This document shows positions 1 through 9,126 of a stretch of 33,775 nucleotides of DNA, piece by piece. The DNA comes from Candidatus Hydrogenedentota bacterium. Its GTDB lineage: Bacteria; Hydrogenedentota; Hydrogenedentia; Hydrogenedentales; SLHB01. The stretch covers positions 1 to 33,775 of the forward strand of contig JARKSN010000024.1 of the NCBI GenBank assembly GCA_029974275.1, written 5' to 3'. The number at the start of each line of letters is the position of its first letter. Positions within the stretch are counted from its first letter, which is position 1. The translations under genes were made by a program, and so were the position numbers. A model generated the notes under the pieces. The model was not told where the DNA came from and searched no databases. It was given only the letters and a program-made list of their open reading frames with translations.

Positions 1-1
1 T

Positions 2-65
2 CTTTGTAGCGCCCGGTCTCCGTGCCGGGCGTCCGCTTTGTAGCGCCCGGTCTCCGTGCCGGGCG
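2..65 (+). repeat. Two tandem GTAG-type REP-like palindromes (CTTTGTAG-CGCCCGG-tctccgtg-CCGGGCG)
   Basis: Identical 30-nt units at 2-31 and 36-65. Each has a GTAG tetranucleotide followed by a 7-bp GC-rich stem, the architecture of GTAG-family REPs. Confidence 0.75.
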
Positions 66-224
66 GTTTTACGGCAAGCGATGAGACGAATCCACGCCGC
101 CCCGGATCGTTGCGCCAGACCCGCCCGGCACAAAGACCGAGAGTTACAAAAACATTAACGATGGCTATTCCCATGCACCATTTCCCTCGGCCATTTAATG
201 CGATTGCCCTGGGGATTTTCCCTC

Positions 225-254
225 TTGACCCGCCCTGCCGCCGTCTAGTAGGCT
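225..254 (+). promoter_or_regulatory. Putative sigma70 promoter for the small ORF and comEC
   Basis: TTGACC (225-230), 18-nt spacer, TAGGCT (249-254). Confidence 0.45.
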
Positions 255-309
255 ATGCCTGCTCACAGGCCAAGGCGTTTTCGGACAACCGCAGGGAGTG
301 TCGCGCGTC

Positions 310-441
310 ATGTCGATTTTCCGTGAATTGTTCAGTACGTTTCGTTCCTCTTTCGTCAACATCCCTCTTCAGAATCCGCTGAGTTATCTCTACGTGGTCC
401 TGAGCATGCTGTTGCTGCTGTGGGGACGCAGCGGAACCTAA
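310..441 (+). CDS. Small 43-aa putative membrane peptide (below the ORF-track cutoff)
   Basis: ATG at 310 to TAA at 439-441 gives MSIFRELFSTFRSSFVNIPLQNPLSYLYVVLSMLLLLWGRSGT, with a hydrophobic C-terminal segment. GGGAG lies upstream (rather distant), and the ORF fills the gap between the promoter and comEC. Confidence 0.55.
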   Translation: MSIFRELFSTFRSSFVNIPLQNPLSYLYVVLSMLLLLWGRSGT

Positions 442-492
442 CGCCCGCTCTCCATCCGGCATGAATCCCCGCGCCGCACAGGCCAGGCCGCG

Positions 493-2919
493 ATGAGGCG
501 CCCGCTGGCATGGGCGGCGGCGGCCTTTGTCGCGGGGATGGCGCTTGCCGTCTCGAATGCGCTTCCGGGCATTTTGTATCCCCTCTTGCTCTGCGTCGCG
601 GCAATCGCGTTAACCGCATTCGTCCCCGACCGTTGGCTTCCAAGGCCTGCTCCCGTGGCGTTGGCGTTTGCGGCGGCCGGGGCGGCGTTATGGAATGCGC
701 ATCACACAGGGCCGCCAGGCGACCCGCTGAGTTGGCGGCTGGCGTCGGCTCCGCTTTCTCACGCCGCATTTGAGGGACGCGTCCGCAGCACGAGTCTGGC
801 CATTCACGACCCCGACTACCTGCGATTCGTGGTTGACGTGGACCTAATCGACGATGGCCACGAAACCCTTCCTATCACGGGCGGCCTCTCCGTCGGTTGG
901 ACCCGCCCCGGACGGATCGTCTATCCCGGCGAACGGATTCGGGTCGAGGGAGAGCCAAGTCTTTCGCTGGCTCCCGTCAATCCAGGCGTGAGCAGCATCG
1001 AGGACGTCCTTCGCCAGCGCGGCGTGAATGCTTCCCTGCGCGTTTACGGGCCCGATGCCGCGCCGCAGATCGCCCCCGCCCCGTGGCGGTCGCTTGCGCA
1101 TTGGACGGCGCGTCTGCGCCACGCGCAAGCCGAACGCTTGGCAAACGCGATGCCGGCGTCGATTCGGTCGTTTGCGCTGGCTGTGTGGCTTGGCGACCAG
1201 AGCCGCATCGCCTTGCACGAATACGACGCGTACGTTCGATCGGGGACGGTGCATATCCTGTCGGTCTCGGGCGTGCATGTGGCCATTCTGTACGTGACCC
1301 TGACGGCCTTTCTCCGGCTGTGGATGCCGCGGCTATGGATGAAGCGCCGCCGCCTGCGCGCGATGTTTGTCATGACCGGCGTGGCCGTATTCGCGCTGAT
1401 GGCGGGCGCTTCCGCTGCAACCTTGCGCGCCGCCGCCATGATCGCGTGCTACGTGTGCTACGATCTGCTGGATCGCGAGCCTGACTCCATCAATGCCCTG
1501 AGCATCGCGGCCTTGGGTCTTCTCGCGACCGCCCCCGATCTGCTGCTCGATATAGGGTTTCAGCTCTCTTTTCTGAGCGTAGCATCCATACTGCTGTTCC
1601 ACGAGCCAATCGCTTGCCGACTGGCTAAATGGCGCGCCCTGAATCCACTGGGCAGATGGCGCGCCCCAGCGTGTTCCTCCATAGGAGTGACCCTCTCGGC
1701 CCAAATCCTCAGTGTGCCAACGGCCATTCGTCTGTTTCACGTTTTGCCGCTGGTCTCTCCCATCGCCAATTTGCTGGTGACGCCATTGCTGGCCGTCGCG
1801 CTGTGGATGTTGCTCGTCGTCAGCATGCTGAGTTGGACGCTTCCCGCGTGGGCCGCCGTGTTCGGCCACGCCCTGGTCCCGATCGTGTTCCTGATCCGCA
1901 GGATCGCGCAGATGATGGCTTCGATCCGCTTTGCCGCCCCCATTCTGTCGACGCCGACGGCATGGGCGATGCTGGCATATTTCGGAGCGGCGGCATGTCT
2001 CTGGCTTTTGCTGCGCGAAGGCCGGCTGTCCCGGAAAATCGTGGCGTGGCTTGTGCCCATGTGCGCGGCGACAGTTCTACTGTGGCGCCCCTGGAAGCTG
2101 GAACCCGAGATCGTGTTCCTCGATGTCGGCCATGGGAACGCGACGTTCCTTCGATCGCCCCAAGGCGTGACGGCACTCGTGGACGGAGGCGACGAAAGCG
2201 AGTTCAAACAGACGGGGTCGCGCGTGGTGAAGCCATTCTTATGGGCGCATCACGCGATGCGGCTGGATTATGTGTTTCTTTCCCACCCCGACCGCGATCA
2301 CCTGGGCGGGCTACTGCCCATTCTCGACGCCTTCCGCATCGGCGCATTCGTGATTGGGCCGGGTCATGAGGACAACGAACTGCTGCAGGAAGCCCTGAAA
2401 CGCTGCGCGCAAAACGGCGTTCCGGTGCGCCGCGTCGCCAAAGGCGACACGATAGACCTTGGCGGCATGCAGGCCGAAATCCTCCACCCCGATGCCGCCT
2501 GGACGTCCGGCCGCAACGTGAACGATTGTTCCCTCGTGTTGCGCGTGATGTGGAACGACGTCAGCGTGCTGCTGCCCGGCGACATTGAAAACGCCGCGGA
2601 ACAAGCCCTCATCCCGGCGGCCTCGCCCATCACCGTTCTTCTCATTCCCCACCACGGCTCCAAGACCTCGAGCGCGCCGCCATTCATCGAAGCGTTCCGG
2701 CCGCGTCACGGCATCGTCTCTACGGGAAATCAGCGGGGAAAAGAGTCCTTCGCCCCCCTCGTGCTGCAGCGCTACCGCGACGCCGGCGCCGACATCCTGC
2801 GCACCGACCGTCTGGGCGGAATCCGCATGACCCTCGAACACGACGGCCCCTTGATCCTCCCTGCGCGAACCGCGCGCGGCTACCCCGTCCTTGCCCCCAC
2901 GCTCGACGGACCGCCATGA
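493..2919 (+). CDS. comEC: DNA internalization competence protein ComEC/Rec2
   Basis: Competence-domain motifs SGTVHILSVSGVHV and GFQLSFLSV, many TM segments, and a C-terminal metallo-beta-lactamase domain (FLDVGHG, SHPDRDH, PHHGS, RTD). Confidence 0.95.
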   Translation: MRRPLAWAAAAFVAGMALAVSNALPGILYPLLLCVAAIALTAFVPDRWLPRPAPVALAFAAAGAALWNAHHTGPPGDPLSWRLASAPLSHAAFEGRVRSTSLAIHDPDYLRFVVDVDLIDDGHETLPITGGLSVGWTRPGRIVYPGERIRVEGEPSLSLAPVNPGVSSIEDVLRQRGVNASLRVYGPDAAPQIAPAPWRSLAHWTARLRHAQAERLANAMPASIRSFALAVWLGDQSRIALHEYDAYVRSGTVHILSVSGVHVAILYVTLTAFLRLWMPRLWMKRRRLRAMFVMTGVAVFALMAGASAATLRAAAMIACYVCYDLLDREPDSINALSIAALGLLATAPDLLLDIGFQLSFLSVASILLFHEPIACRLAKWRALNPLGRWRAPACSSIGVTLSAQILSVPTAIRLFHVLPLVSPIANLLVTPLLAVALWMLLVVSMLSWTLPAWAAVFGHALVPIVFLIRRIAQMMASIRFAAPILSTPTAWAMLAYFGAAACLWLLLREGRLSRKIVAWLVPMCAATVLLWRPWKLEPEIVFLDVGHGNATFLRSPQGVTALVDGGDESEFKQTGSRVVKPFLWAHHAMRLDYVFLSHPDRDHLGGLLPILDAFRIGAFVIGPGHEDNELLQEALKRCAQNGVPVRRVAKGDTIDLGGMQAEILHPDAAWTSGRNVNDCSLVLRVMWNDVSVLLPGDIENAAEQALIPAASPITVLLIPHHGSKTSSAPPFIEAFRPRHGIVSTGNQRGKESFAPLVLQRYRDAGADILRTDRLGGIRMTLEHDGPLILPARTARGYPVLAPTLDGPP

Positions 2920-2929
2920 AGGAACCGCC

Positions 2930-4399
2930 TCAGAAGGGAACGTCGTCGTCCTCCATAAGGCTCTCAATGGCGTCGGCGGGATCGAAATAGGTGACCGGAG
3001 CCTCCTCCGTCGCGCCGGCCAACGTCAAATCGCCGAAAATCTGAACGTCCCGATCGAACATAAGGTCGAGATGGCCGGTAGGGCCGTTGCGCTGCTTGGC
3101 GATCATGAGTTGGATGACTTTTTCGGGGTCTGTGCCGGGACCGAACTTGGCAGCCAGTTCCTCGTGCTTGTGCGCAGGCGGACGCGATAGCATCAGCACC
3201 ACGTCGGCGTCTTGCTCGATGGCTCCCGACTCGCGCAGATGCGAGAGCTTGGGGATCCCGGTGTCGTCTTTCTCGGCCTCGCGACTCAACTGCGACAACG
3301 CAATGACCGGCACGCGCAACTCGCGCGCAATGCCTTTGATGGAACGCGATATCTCGGAAATTTCCGTCTGGCGATTCTCCGCGCGCCGCGTCCCTTGCAT
3401 GAGCTGCAAGTAGTCGATGATCACGAGCTCGATCGGGTGCTCCGCCATCTTCCGTCGCGCTTTGGAGCGAATATCCAGCACGCCGATGTTTGGCGTGTCG
3501 TCGATAAAGATAGGCGCGCCGTTCAACTTTTCCGCGGCAATCTGCAGCTTGGGAAATTCGCGATCGGCGAGAAATCCGGAACGAAGGCGTTGGCTGTTGA
3601 TGCGCCCTTCCATGCAAAGCAGCCGCTGGACAAGCTGCTCCTTCGCCATTTCCAGGCTGAACAGCAGCACGCCTTTCTGCTGCCGCACGCCGACATTGGC
3701 CGCGACGTTCAACGCGAACGCCGTCTTGCCCACCGAAGGCCGCGCCGCCAGCACGACCATGTCCGATTTCTGAAGGCCCGAGAGCATCTCGTCGAGCTTG
3801 CGGAACCCTGTTGGAAGACCGGTGTATCCCGTCTTGGACTTGATGATCTTCTCGATGCGATCGATGCTGTCGGCGAGCAATTCGGTGACGCTGTGTATTT
3901 TGCTGGTCTGTCGGCTTTCGGCGATGGCGAAGATGCTGGCCTCGGCGCGATCCAGCAAGGTCTCGACGTCGTCGGGCGCGCCGTAGGCCTCGCTGGCCAC
4001 TTGGGTGCAGGCGCTGATGACGCGGCGCAGGATGGAAGTGTCGAGGACAAGCCGCGCATAGTGTTCCACATTGGCAGAAGTCGGGACGGCCCCGGCCAAT
4101 TCCGCGACATAGGTGGCGCCGCCAACGCTTTCCAGGACCCCGTTTCGGGTGAGCTGCTCGACGAGCGTCACCGCGTCGACAGGCATGCTCTTCTGGTACA
4201 GCAACACCGCCGCCTCGTAGACGTGCTGGTGCGCTTCGACGTAAAACACATCGGCGGCATTGGCCTTGAGAATTTCGATGGCCGCGCCGACGGCCTCCGG
4301 ATTGAGCAGCATAGCCCCCAACACCGACCGTTCCGCCTCGATGCTCTGCGGCGGCACCCGGTCGAAAACCGGTCGCTGAGGGGCTTGCCGCTTGGCCAC
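2930..4399 (-). CDS. dnaB: Replicative DNA helicase
   Basis: PPQSIEAERSVLG N-terminus, Walker A ARPSVGKT, FSLEM, IDYLQL, SQLSR, LRESGAIEQDAD, KQRNGP. Confidence 0.98.
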   Translation of the reverse strand: MAKRQAPQRPVFDRVPPQSIEAERSVLGAMLLNPEAVGAAIEILKANAADVFYVEAHQHVYEAAVLLYQKSMPVDAVTLVEQLTRNGVLESVGGATYVAELAGAVPTSANVEHYARLVLDTSILRRVISACTQVASEAYGAPDDVETLLDRAEASIFAIAESRQTSKIHSVTELLADSIDRIEKIIKSKTGYTGLPTGFRKLDEMLSGLQKSDMVVLAARPSVGKTAFALNVAANVGVRQQKGVLLFSLEMAKEQLVQRLLCMEGRINSQRLRSGFLADREFPKLQIAAEKLNGAPIFIDDTPNIGVLDIRSKARRKMAEHPIELVIIDYLQLMQGTRRAENRQTEISEISRSIKGIARELRVPVIALSQLSREAEKDDTGIPKLSHLRESGAIEQDADVVLMLSRPPAHKHEELAAKFGPGTDPEKVIQLMIAKQRNGPTGHLDLMFDRDVQIFGDLTLAGATEEAPVTYFDPADAIESLMEDDDVPF

Positions 4400-4400
4400 G

Positions 4401-4859
4401 TTACTCCGCTTCTTCCTCTTCTTTGACCACCCAAACCTTCACGTTGGCCGTGATGCCCATGCCGACTTGGACCGGCACGGTGAAAATGCCCAGCGCTTTG
4501 ATGGGTTCTTCCAGATGAATGTGCTTCTTCTCGATGACGTGTCCGAGTTCGGCCAGCTTCTCGCTGATCGTCGCGGTGGTCACCGAACCGAAAATCTTGT
4601 CTTCCTCGCCGGCGCGCGCCTTGACCTCGATCGTCACCCCTTCGAGCGTCTTCGCGAAGGCGGCCAACTCGGCTTTGCGCCGTTCTTCGCGCCGCTTGAT
4701 GATGCGCGTCTCGTGTTCAATCTGTTTCGCCGTGGCCGAATCCGACTGCACGGCCAATTTTCGCGGGATCAAATAGTTGCGGGCATACCCCGGAGCCACG
4801 GTGACCGTTGCGCCCATCTGTCCCAAATGCGGCACGTTCTCGCACAAAATGACCTTCAC
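4401..4859 (-). CDS. rplI: 50S ribosomal protein L9
   Basis: MKVIL...LG...V.PGYARNYLIP and KIFGSVT motifs; SD AAGGAGG before the GTG. Confidence 0.98.
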   Translation of the reverse strand: MKVILCENVPHLGQMGATVTVAPGYARNYLIPRKLAVQSDSATAKQIEHETRIIKRREERRKAELAAFAKTLEGVTIEVKARAGEEDKIFGSVTTATISEKLAELGHVIEKKHIHLEEPIKALGIFTVPVQVGMGITANVKVWVVKEEEEAE

Positions 4860-4901
4860 GTCACTATCCTCCTTTGGGCCGAGCCGCTAGGCCCGCGCCC
4901 C

Positions 4902-5912
4902 CTATGGTCCCTGTGAATCGTTCGCGCCGCCATCGCTTTTCAGCCTCGCCCGGCGCTTCGTCAACTCGTCAATTCGGCGGCGGAAATCCGCCCACGTATC
5001 AAACAAGCCCAAAAACGGCAACACCGATTGCGTCGCGGGCGACGTAACCACCAACGCCGCCGCCAACAACAACAACAGGCTTCGGCGCATCGCCACGACC
5101 GTATACCCCACGATCGCGATCCCGTTCAGCCAATACGCCATCATCAACACAATCGCCGCGTTCCACGACGCCGCGCGCAACACGGGATGCGGCCAGCGCT
5201 GGTCCGCAAACCACCCGAAAAACGCCGCGATCACCGCCCACGCCAGCCAGTCCGGAGGCTTCATCCGCGTAAACGAGCCCGTGATGCCGACGCCCGTCCC
5301 ACGCACCCGAAGCCACCACGCCACCAACGACACACCTGCGCATGCGGCCGCCATCACAAAAGCGACCGTGAGCCCAGGCCCCAGCGACGTCCAATTCTCC
5401 TTCAAGAAATCCAAAATCGCCAGCTGCCGCGCCGTCGTCTCGGCCTGGCTAGGAGCCGTTGCCGCCTCCTGCAAGGTGGCCTGAAGCGCCTCGAGCGACG
5501 CTACGCCGACGGCCTTCCACGTGGTCCACGTCAACGACGCATGCCCCAGAAACACCGCCGCGCCGTACGCCGACACCCACGCCGCCACACGGCCATACGG
5601 CCAGCCGCGCCGAATGCCCACGCCCATCACGACCCCGGACGCCGTCGCTATCGCATAGTAAAATCCGGCTAGCGACGACCCCAACGCCGCGCCCACGGCC
5701 AGCCCCGAACAGCCCACCAGCGTCGCGGCGCGTCCATCCTGCCCCGTCGCCGCGTAAAACGCCACCGACAACGGAAACAGCGCAAACGCCAGCCAGTTCG
5801 GGCCAACAGCCACGGTCACCAGCGCCGTCGCCGCGGACAACGCGACGGCCAACGCGCCAAACCGCCAGGCATCACCCCTCTGCGGCATAAAAAACTCCAC
5901 CCGCTTCACCAC
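4902..5912 (-). CDS. DUF2232/YybS-like membrane protein
   Basis: Polytopic hydrophobic protein ending LGLFDTWADFRRR, in the conserved position between rpsR and rplI. Start may be the GTG at 5909. Confidence 0.85.
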   Translation of the reverse strand: MVKRVEFFMPQRGDAWRFGALAVALSAATALVTVAVGPNWLAFALFPLSVAFYAATGQDGRAATLVGCSGLAVGAALGSSLAGFYYAIATASGVVMGVGIRRGWPYGRVAAWVSAYGAAVFLGHASLTWTTWKAVGVASLEALQATLQEAATAPSQAETTARQLAILDFLKENWTSLGPGLTVAFVMAAACAGVSLVAWWLRVRGTGVGITGSFTRMKPPDWLAWAVIAAFFGWFADQRWPHPVLRAASWNAAIVLMMAYWLNGIAIVGYTVVAMRRSLLLLLAAALVVTSPATQSVLPFLGLFDTWADFRRRIDELTKRRARLKSDGGANDSQGP

Positions 5913-5972
5913 CGACTCCGGACACCCTCAAACCAGTCGCCGTCCGGGCGCGCGGCGCCATGCGGGTCGTGC

Positions 5973-6236
5973 CTAGTCCGCCGAAAACGGAAGCAACGCA
6001 ATTTGCCGGGCCAACTTGATCGCCCGCATCAACATCCGCTGATGCCGTGCCGTCGCGCCGGTGATGCGCCTCGGGATGATCTTGCCCCGTTCGGTGACAT
6101 AATGCTTCAACATGTTGATGTCTTTGTAATCGATGTATACGACCCGATCGACCGTCAGCCGCGACACCTTCGGTCGGCCAAGCGTCTTTTTCTTCTTGCG
6201 CGACTTAGCCTTCGATCGCGCTGGTACTCTTGCCAT
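5973..6236 (-). CDS. rpsR: 30S ribosomal protein S18
   Basis: IDYKD...[20 protein letters not shown]...AIK.AR..ALLPF. ATG at 6236 chosen; GTG at 6245 is an alternative. Confidence 0.97.
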   Translation of the reverse strand: MARVPARSKAKSRKKKKTLGRPKVSRLTVDRVVYIDYKDINMLKHYVTERGKIIPRRITGATARHQRMLMRAIKLARQIALLPFSAD

Positions 6237-6318
6237 AGGTTCCACTGTCCTTCCGTACTTGTAGACGGGAACGTCGGGCCGCTCTCAAGGCCCGCATTCC
6301 GTCGCAAACCGTTTCGGC

Positions 6319-6747
6319 CTAAAAAGGAATATCGTCCTCGGGGATCGGTTCCTCGATGACGCGCGGTTCGGGACGCGGGGATCCGCCGGAACGCTGATCG
6401 TCCCAGTCCAGTTGCTGGATCCGATCCACACGCACCTCGATGGACGAGCGTTTCTGCCCCGTGGTCTTGTCTTCCCACTCATCGCTGCGCAGACGCCCTT
6501 CCACAAGAACCGGCTTGCCCTTACGCAGATACTGCCCGCAATATTCCGCGCTCTTGTCCCAGGTCGTGGCGTTGATGAACAACGTTTCTTCCCGCTGCTC
6601 GCCGTCGCCCGTCTTATACTTGCGCGACACGGCCAAACCCATCTTGCAGACGGCCTTGCCCGACGCGATGTACTTCAATTCCGGGTCGCGCGTGAGACGG
6701 CCCGCCAACAAAACCTTGTTGAGATCAGGCATTCGCAGGTCCGACAT
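6319..6747 (-). CDS. ssb: Single-stranded DNA-binding protein
   Basis: LNKVLLAGRLTRDPELKY, KGKPVLVEGRL, C-terminal DDIPF. Confidence 0.98.
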   Translation of the reverse strand: MSDLRMPDLNKVLLAGRLTRDPELKYIASGKAVCKMGLAVSRKYKTGDGEQREETLFINATTWDKSAEYCGQYLRKGKPVLVEGRLRSDEWEDKTTGQKRSSIEVRVDRIQQLDWDDQRSGGSPRPEPRVIEEPIPEDDIPF

Positions 6748-6769
6748 GATGCCACCCTTTCCGCGTTAC

Positions 6770-7210
6770 TCACTCATCATCATCGTCGTCGTCATGACGG
6801 CGACGCCCGCGCGGCGGATCGTCGTCGTCGTCATCCGCATCCGCACGGCCCGCGCCGCGCATATTGGCATGCTGAATCTCCGCCTCCTTGCGCCGGACTT
6901 GCTCTTCCTCCAAACGCAACGTCTTCGGGTCGAACTTGACGACGAGACTCCGGATAATCTGTTCGGCCAGCCGGAAATGCTTGTCCAGCTTGGACAGGAC
7001 TGGGGGCGCGGCCTGAAACCGCACCAACACATAGCAACCTTCGGTAAAGTGCTTGACCTCGTAAGCGAGTTTCCGCTTACCCCAGATCTCCGAGCGCACG
7101 ACAGCCCCCTGACCTTCCACGATCAGGTTTTCCACCCCTTTGGCCACCGTCTGGATCTCATCGTCCGATATGTCTGGCCGGACAATGTAGAGCGCTTCGT
7201 AAGTCTTCAA
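6770..7210 (-). CDS. rpsF: 30S ribosomal protein S6
   Basis: YEALYIVRPD, WGKRKLAYEV, GCYVL motifs. The likely start is TTG at 7210, 7 nt after the SD AAGGAGGT. Acidic C-terminal tail. Confidence 0.96.
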   Translation of the reverse strand: MKTYEALYIVRPDISDDEIQTVAKGVENLIVEGQGAVVRSEIWGKRKLAYEVKHFTEGCYVLVRFQAAPPVLSKLDKHFRLAEQIIRSLVVKFDPKTLRLEEEQVRRKEAEIQHANMRGAGRADADDDDDDPPRGRRRHDDDDDDE

Positions 7211-7275
7211 TGTCTTCACCTCCTTCATTTCATATGGGCTTTGACCGCAAGACCTCTTGCGGCGCGAAGGGGGGG

Positions 7276-7305
7276 AGTATACCAAAAAAAAGCCCGCCCT
7301 ATCAA
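7276..7305 (-). promoter_or_regulatory. sigma70 promoter of the rpsF operon
   Basis: Minus strand TTGATA, 18-nt spacer, TATACT with extended -10 (TGgTATACT). Confidence 0.7.
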
Positions 7306-7375
7306 GAACGCCATGAACGCAGTTCGGCCCGCCCCATTTCAGCGTTTTTTGAGGAACGCCCAGGGAAAACCCAGA

Positions 7376-8989
7376 CTACCGAGGATGCAGCAACGGCTCG
7401 TATTGAGCGCGACGCGCCATGCGCCCCTCCGTGAAGTGAAGCGCATGATACCCGATCTGATTGTCCCTCCACGACCACAATCGATGCCGATACCGCGGAC
7501 TGTCCACGTCCTGTCCCTCTTCGCTCAACGCCATGACGCCGGGGATCGCCTTCAGACGCTCCACCTCCTCGCGATCCGCCACGACAACCAGATCGGCCCG
7601 GTCCGGAAGACGCAACGTCGTCGCAGCGCGACGATTCCAGCCGTTGATGTCGTACGCGAACGCCCCAAGGAACTGCACCCCAACCGACCACGCCAAGAGC
7701 GCGGCAAACACCGCCAGCAACGGCCTCCGCCGACGAATGTCCGGCATAACCGGAACCAGCGACAGCGCCGCAAACGGCATCAGGTCCACAATGTGACGAT
7801 AGCCGTACGACAGCCCGCTCCACCAATCGAAATGCTTGGACTCGACCAGCAACATCAGCGCCGTCGCGACGAGCAGCGGGCGCAAGGCCGCGAATTCGGG
7901 CCACTTCCAGGCGCGCACCGCCCCCCAGACCGCGAAAAGCAAGAACGGACTGAATACAAACAGTCCGCGCGAAGGACTGACCAAGTGACCGGCAAGCCCT
8001 TCCCACAGCGGCGTCTGCCAGACCTCTGGCGACCCCGTCTTGATCTCGGCCAGCATTTCGCCGCCCACCGTTTGACCAAACCGGAACGGCGAACCCAAAT
8101 AATAGGCATTGTACACGCCAAGCGCCACGGCAAAAGGAAGCCCCGTCACCATAAACAGGACCAGCGCCCGGCGGTCCTTCCAGATAAGATACCCCAGCGC
8201 GCAGCACACGACCAAGGCGCTGGTCGGGCGGCACCACACCGCCCACGCGTAGGCGGCGGCGCTGAAGGCCGCCTGGCGCCTGTCGCGACCAACGCGCGTC
8301 AAAAAAAACGTCCCCAGCATCAGGAAAAACTCGTTCGGCGCATGTTGCGTCAACCCTTGGCTGCTGACGCTCCACACGCACGTCCCCAGCCCATACGCAA
8401 GCGCGACCAGGAGCGCGCTTTTGCCGTCGATCAGCGATCGCGCGACGAGAAAGAGCAATGCCGCCGAACCGGCGGCATAGGCGGCGGCAATACACTTGCC
8501 CACGTGCCACAACCATGCCTGGTGAAGATGCCAATCTCCCAGCACTCCCGTCAGCGGCCCGATAACCGGCAATGCGCTGATCCCTGTGCCCAGCCCAAAA
8601 AAGTTCACGTACCGGCCTTCGCGCACGGACTCCACCGCCATGTAAATGCCGCCCTTGACGCGAGCCTTGCCGGCTCGATGCAGATCGAGAATGGACGCTC
8701 CCTGAAAGGTCATGTCCCACGGAGGAAACAAGCGTTGCTGCTGCCCCGCCGGCGTGTCGACGTTCCAAATGAACATGAAAGGATACTCGTCCGGCGTGAA
8801 CGTGACATTGCCCTCGCGCACAAGACTGACCGGAAGGTACAGATTGGGCGTAGCGTCATTGACGACCAGCAGATCGCCGTTGATCAAGTAAACCGCCAAC
8901 AACAACAGGAACAGCGCCAACGGCGCGAAACGGCCAACAACTCCGTCCCTATTTAGCGTTTCTTTTTTTTCCTCTTTACTGTGGTTCAT
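7376..8989 (-). CDS. Integral membrane GT-C/PMT-like glycosyltransferase (putative)
   Basis: Polytopic membrane protein with an acidic loop after TM1 (NGD...NDA), a WCRP motif, LVSPSRGLFVFSP and WWSGLSYGYR, as in GT39/ArnT-like proteins. ATG at 8989 preferred over 9052. Confidence 0.6.
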   Translation of the reverse strand: MNHSKEEKKETLNRDGVVGRFAPLALFLLLLAVYLINGDLLVVNDATPNLYLPVSLVREGNVTFTPDEYPFMFIWNVDTPAGQQQRLFPPWDMTFQGASILDLHRAGKARVKGGIYMAVESVREGRYVNFFGLGTGISALPVIGPLTGVLGDWHLHQAWLWHVGKCIAAAYAAGSAALLFLVARSLIDGKSALLVALAYGLGTCVWSVSSQGLTQHAPNEFFLMLGTFFLTRVGRDRRQAAFSAAAYAWAVWCRPTSALVVCCALGYLIWKDRRALVLFMVTGLPFAVALGVYNAYYLGSPFRFGQTVGGEMLAEIKTGSPEVWQTPLWEGLAGHLVSPSRGLFVFSPFLLFAVWGAVRAWKWPEFAALRPLLVATALMLLVESKHFDWWSGLSYGYRHIVDLMPFAALSLVPVMPDIRRRRPLLAVFAALLAWSVGVQFLGAFAYDINGWNRRAATTLRLPDRADLVVVADREEVERLKAIPGVMALSEEGQDVDSPRYRHRLWSWRDNQIGYHALHFTEGRMARRAQYEPLLHPR

Positions 8990-9126
8990 GCGCCGCGCGC
9001 CTCTGCTTTTTTCCCGAAAAAATTGAACTATCGGAAAATAATTCGGTGACATAAATAAACAAAAATATTAAACAGGGACATACTAAAAGAGAGTCCCCAT
9101 TTTCACTCGACTTTTCACGTCTCCAA

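Noticed and set aside
2..65. CRISPR array
   Set aside because: Only two units separated by 4 nt, no spacers and no cas genes.
6440..8956. 838-aa plus-strand ORF
   Set aside because: Antisense shadow of ssb, rpsF and the GT gene; stop depletion follows from high GC and the T-poor plus strand; no domain motifs.
8990..9126. oriC in the AT-rich spacer near the dnaB operon
   Set aside because: No TTATCCACA-type DnaA boxes seen; more simply a promoter region.
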